Part shown: piece by piece, positions 62,538 to 64,000 of the stretch
How the letters are laid out: the number at the start of each line of letters is the position of its first letter
Numbering within the stretch: position 1 is the stretch's first letter
Assembly: GCA_903823215.1 (NCBI GenBank)
Contig: CAIJRY010000252.1
Location: forward strand, 56 to 64,055
From: an uncultured Spartobacteria bacterium
GTDB lineage: Bacteria > Verrucomicrobiota > Verrucomicrobiia > Chthoniobacterales > UBA6821
Direction: 5' to 3'
DNA: 64,000 nucleotides
Made by a program: the position numbers and the translations under genes
The notes under the pieces: generated by a model
What the model saw: only the letters and a program-made list of their open reading frames with translations
The model's database searches: none
Told to the model about the DNA's origin: nothing

Positions 62538-63398
62538 CTAAGTTTCGGGCGCAGGTGTCTCTCCCTCCGGGATCGCATCCATCGGAATTTCGGAGACCCC
62601 GGGTAAATCGGGGGTTCCCTCATCATCGGCGGCTTGGGATGAGGGTTCAGGAAGTCCTTTTGGCAGAGGAAGATGACGCAACTCGGCGGCATTCGGTAAC
62701 TCGTCAAGGTGGCGTAGACCAAAGTGATCGAGAAAATACTGTGTCGTTGCGTAAAGCAGCGGGCGCCCCGGAACTTCGGCACGGCCCGCGATCTTTACCA
62801 AACCTCTGTCGAGAAGCGTCTGCATGACGCCGTCAACAGCGACTCCCCGCACAGCCTCCATGTCGGCGCGGGCAATCGGTTGCCTGTAGGCGATGATGGC
62901 GAGGGTTTCCAGAGCAGGTGCACTCAGGCGCGTCGGTTTGGCCTCAGGATAAAGGGCGCGCAGCCAAGGGGCGAATCCCGCCGCACTGCTGAGTAGCCAT
63001 CCCGTGGCAGTCTCGCGCACCTGGTAGGCCCGGCCTGAGGCAGACACTTCGGCCTGCAGTTCATCGAGAGCTTCCCTGATGTCGGCCTCCTTGATCCGTC
63101 CATAGGCACTGGCCACGGAGTTCGGTTCAGCCGAAGCAGAACCCTTGAGGTAGGCGAGCAGTTCCTTGGGGCTGACGGCTTTCTGTGAGGCGAAGAGGAT
63201 CGCCTCGATCACAAGTGAGAGACGGGGTATTTCACCCTGGCGCACATCGCCCGCGAGTGTCCCCTCGGGAACAATATCGGGGAGTTCGGCTGGATTTCCT
63301 TCTGTTTCAGAAACTCCCTGCAAGATGGATTCCTCGGAGATTGTACCGCTAAGACCTTCGGCGTCGGGGAGAAAATCGGGTGGAGGAGTATTACTCAT
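62538..63398 (-). CDS. scpB: Segregation and condensation protein B
   Basis: Winged-helix blocks EAILFAS...PVS, LETLAIIAYRQPIARADMEAVRGV and PGRPLLYATTQYFLDHFGL are present. Confidence 0.88.
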   Translation of the reverse strand: MSNTPPPDFLPDAEGLSGTISEESILQGVSETEGNPAELPDIVPEGTLAGDVRQGEIPRLSLVIEAILFASQKAVSPKELLAYLKGSASAEPNSVASAYGRIKEADIREALDELQAEVSASGRAYQVRETATGWLLSSAAGFAPWLRALYPEAKPTRLSAPALETLAIIAYRQPIARADMEAVRGVAVDGVMQTLLDRGLVKIAGRAEVPGRPLLYATTQYFLDHFGLRHLDELPNAAELRHLPLPKGLPEPSSQAADDEGTPDLPGVSEIPMDAIPEGETPAPET

Positions 63399-64000
63399 TG
63401 GTATCTTCGGAAAAGGAGAGTTCTTCTTCGCTCAGGTGGGTGCGTTCAAGCCAGATTTCACCGAATTGTTCATCCTGACGCACGCTGAATTGTTTCATCC
63501 GAATAAGTTCAAGGATAGCCAGAAAAGTCACCACCACTTCGGAACGGGAGACGGCGGCACTGAAAAGCTCCTCAAATTTCATGGCAACCCCACGATCAAC
63601 CATCCGCGTGAGATGATTGATCCTGTCGGTCACGGTGAATGTCTCCTCATGAATCTCCCCCTGCTTCTCCTCTGGTGGGAGGCGTCTGAGGGCGCGCTGG
63701 AAGGCATTGATGAGATCGAAGATGCCGACATCTCCGATAAGCATGTTCTCATCGACATTCGGCGCATGTGCGGGATCGGGGGATGTGGCACGGGGGAAGA
63801 GCGCGGATTGAAGTTCCTCGCGATCGCGCAGTTGGCCTGCAGCCTCCTTGAACTTGCGATATTCAATAAGCTGACGGATCAGTTCCCATCGGGGATCATC
63901 CTCTTCAACCTCTTCTTCAGGCATCTGCAGATCCTTGGGCAGGAGGGTACGACTCTTAATATAGAGCAGATTGGCCGCCATCACGAGAAACTCGCCTGCC
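63391..64000 (-). CDS. scpA: Segregation and condensation protein A (5' end beyond the window)
   Basis: ...AANLLYIKSRTLLP...FLAILELIRMKQ is typical of ScpA. The reading frame stays open to the window edge, and the gene overlaps the scpB start. Confidence 0.85.
   Translation of the reverse strand, partial: AGEFLVMAANLLYIKSRTLLPKDLQMPEEEVEEDDPRWELIRQLIEYRKFKEAAGQLRDREELQSALFPRATSPDPAHAPNVDENMLIGDVGIFDLINAFQRALRRLPPEEKQGEIHEETFTVTDRINHLTRMVDRGVAMKFEELFSAAVSRSEVVVTFLAILELIRMKQFSVRQDEQFGEIWLERTHLSEEELSFSEDTNE

Overview
This 64 kb window is a gene-dense bacterial chromosomal segment. About 60 CDS and one tRNA are supported. There is no rRNA, no CRISPR array, and no recognisable transposase, integrase or phage gene. 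Two PEP-CTERM sorting signals and the overall gene content suggest a Verrucomicrobiota/PVC-type organism, but that is an inference and not a database result.

Housekeeping genes frame the window: efp, glmM, cdaA, folP, hisD, maf, ruvX, truA, rarA, an aspartate aminotransferase, ispA, ptsI, hsp20, dnaJ, grpE, pheA, scpB and scpA.

Four accessory blocks sit between them:
1. 6.3-13.4 kb: a divergent pair of PEP-CTERM-anchored proteins carrying the hallmark motifs of pepsin-like (A1) aspartic peptidases. Next to them are a GH26-like hydrolase and a 1119-aa GH18-like/CE4 deacetylase/GT2 synthase fusion.
2. 26.2-41.1 kb: a glycan/EPS locus that starts right after tRNA-Thr. It holds a clan GH-A hydrolase, GT2, GT4, GT25, GT9 and GT-C-like genes, a flippase and a priming sugar transferase. 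It also contains two apparent gene-fusion scars. A partner-switching module (STAS, RsbW-like/GAF/PP2C fusion, CheY-like receiver) is translationally coupled to the priming transferase and to an unusual NTP-transferase-like protein.
3. 46.5-53.6 kb: a lipid-remodelling cluster with two alpha/beta hydrolases, cfa, DUF1295, a second cfa-like methyltransferase and a GT28 glycolipid synthase.
4. 59.5-61.7 kb: a second STAS + GAF-PP2C pair wedged between pheA and grpE-dnaJ.

Smaller observations:
- A 14-bp tandem repeat abuts a tandem-domain NDK-like gene.
- EF-P has Asn at the position of the normally modified Lys/Arg.
- A 24-nt direct-repeat motif is shared by two promoter regions.
- Related hairpins flank hsp20.

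All functional calls rest on motif reading of the supplied translations. No homology search or folding calculation could be run.
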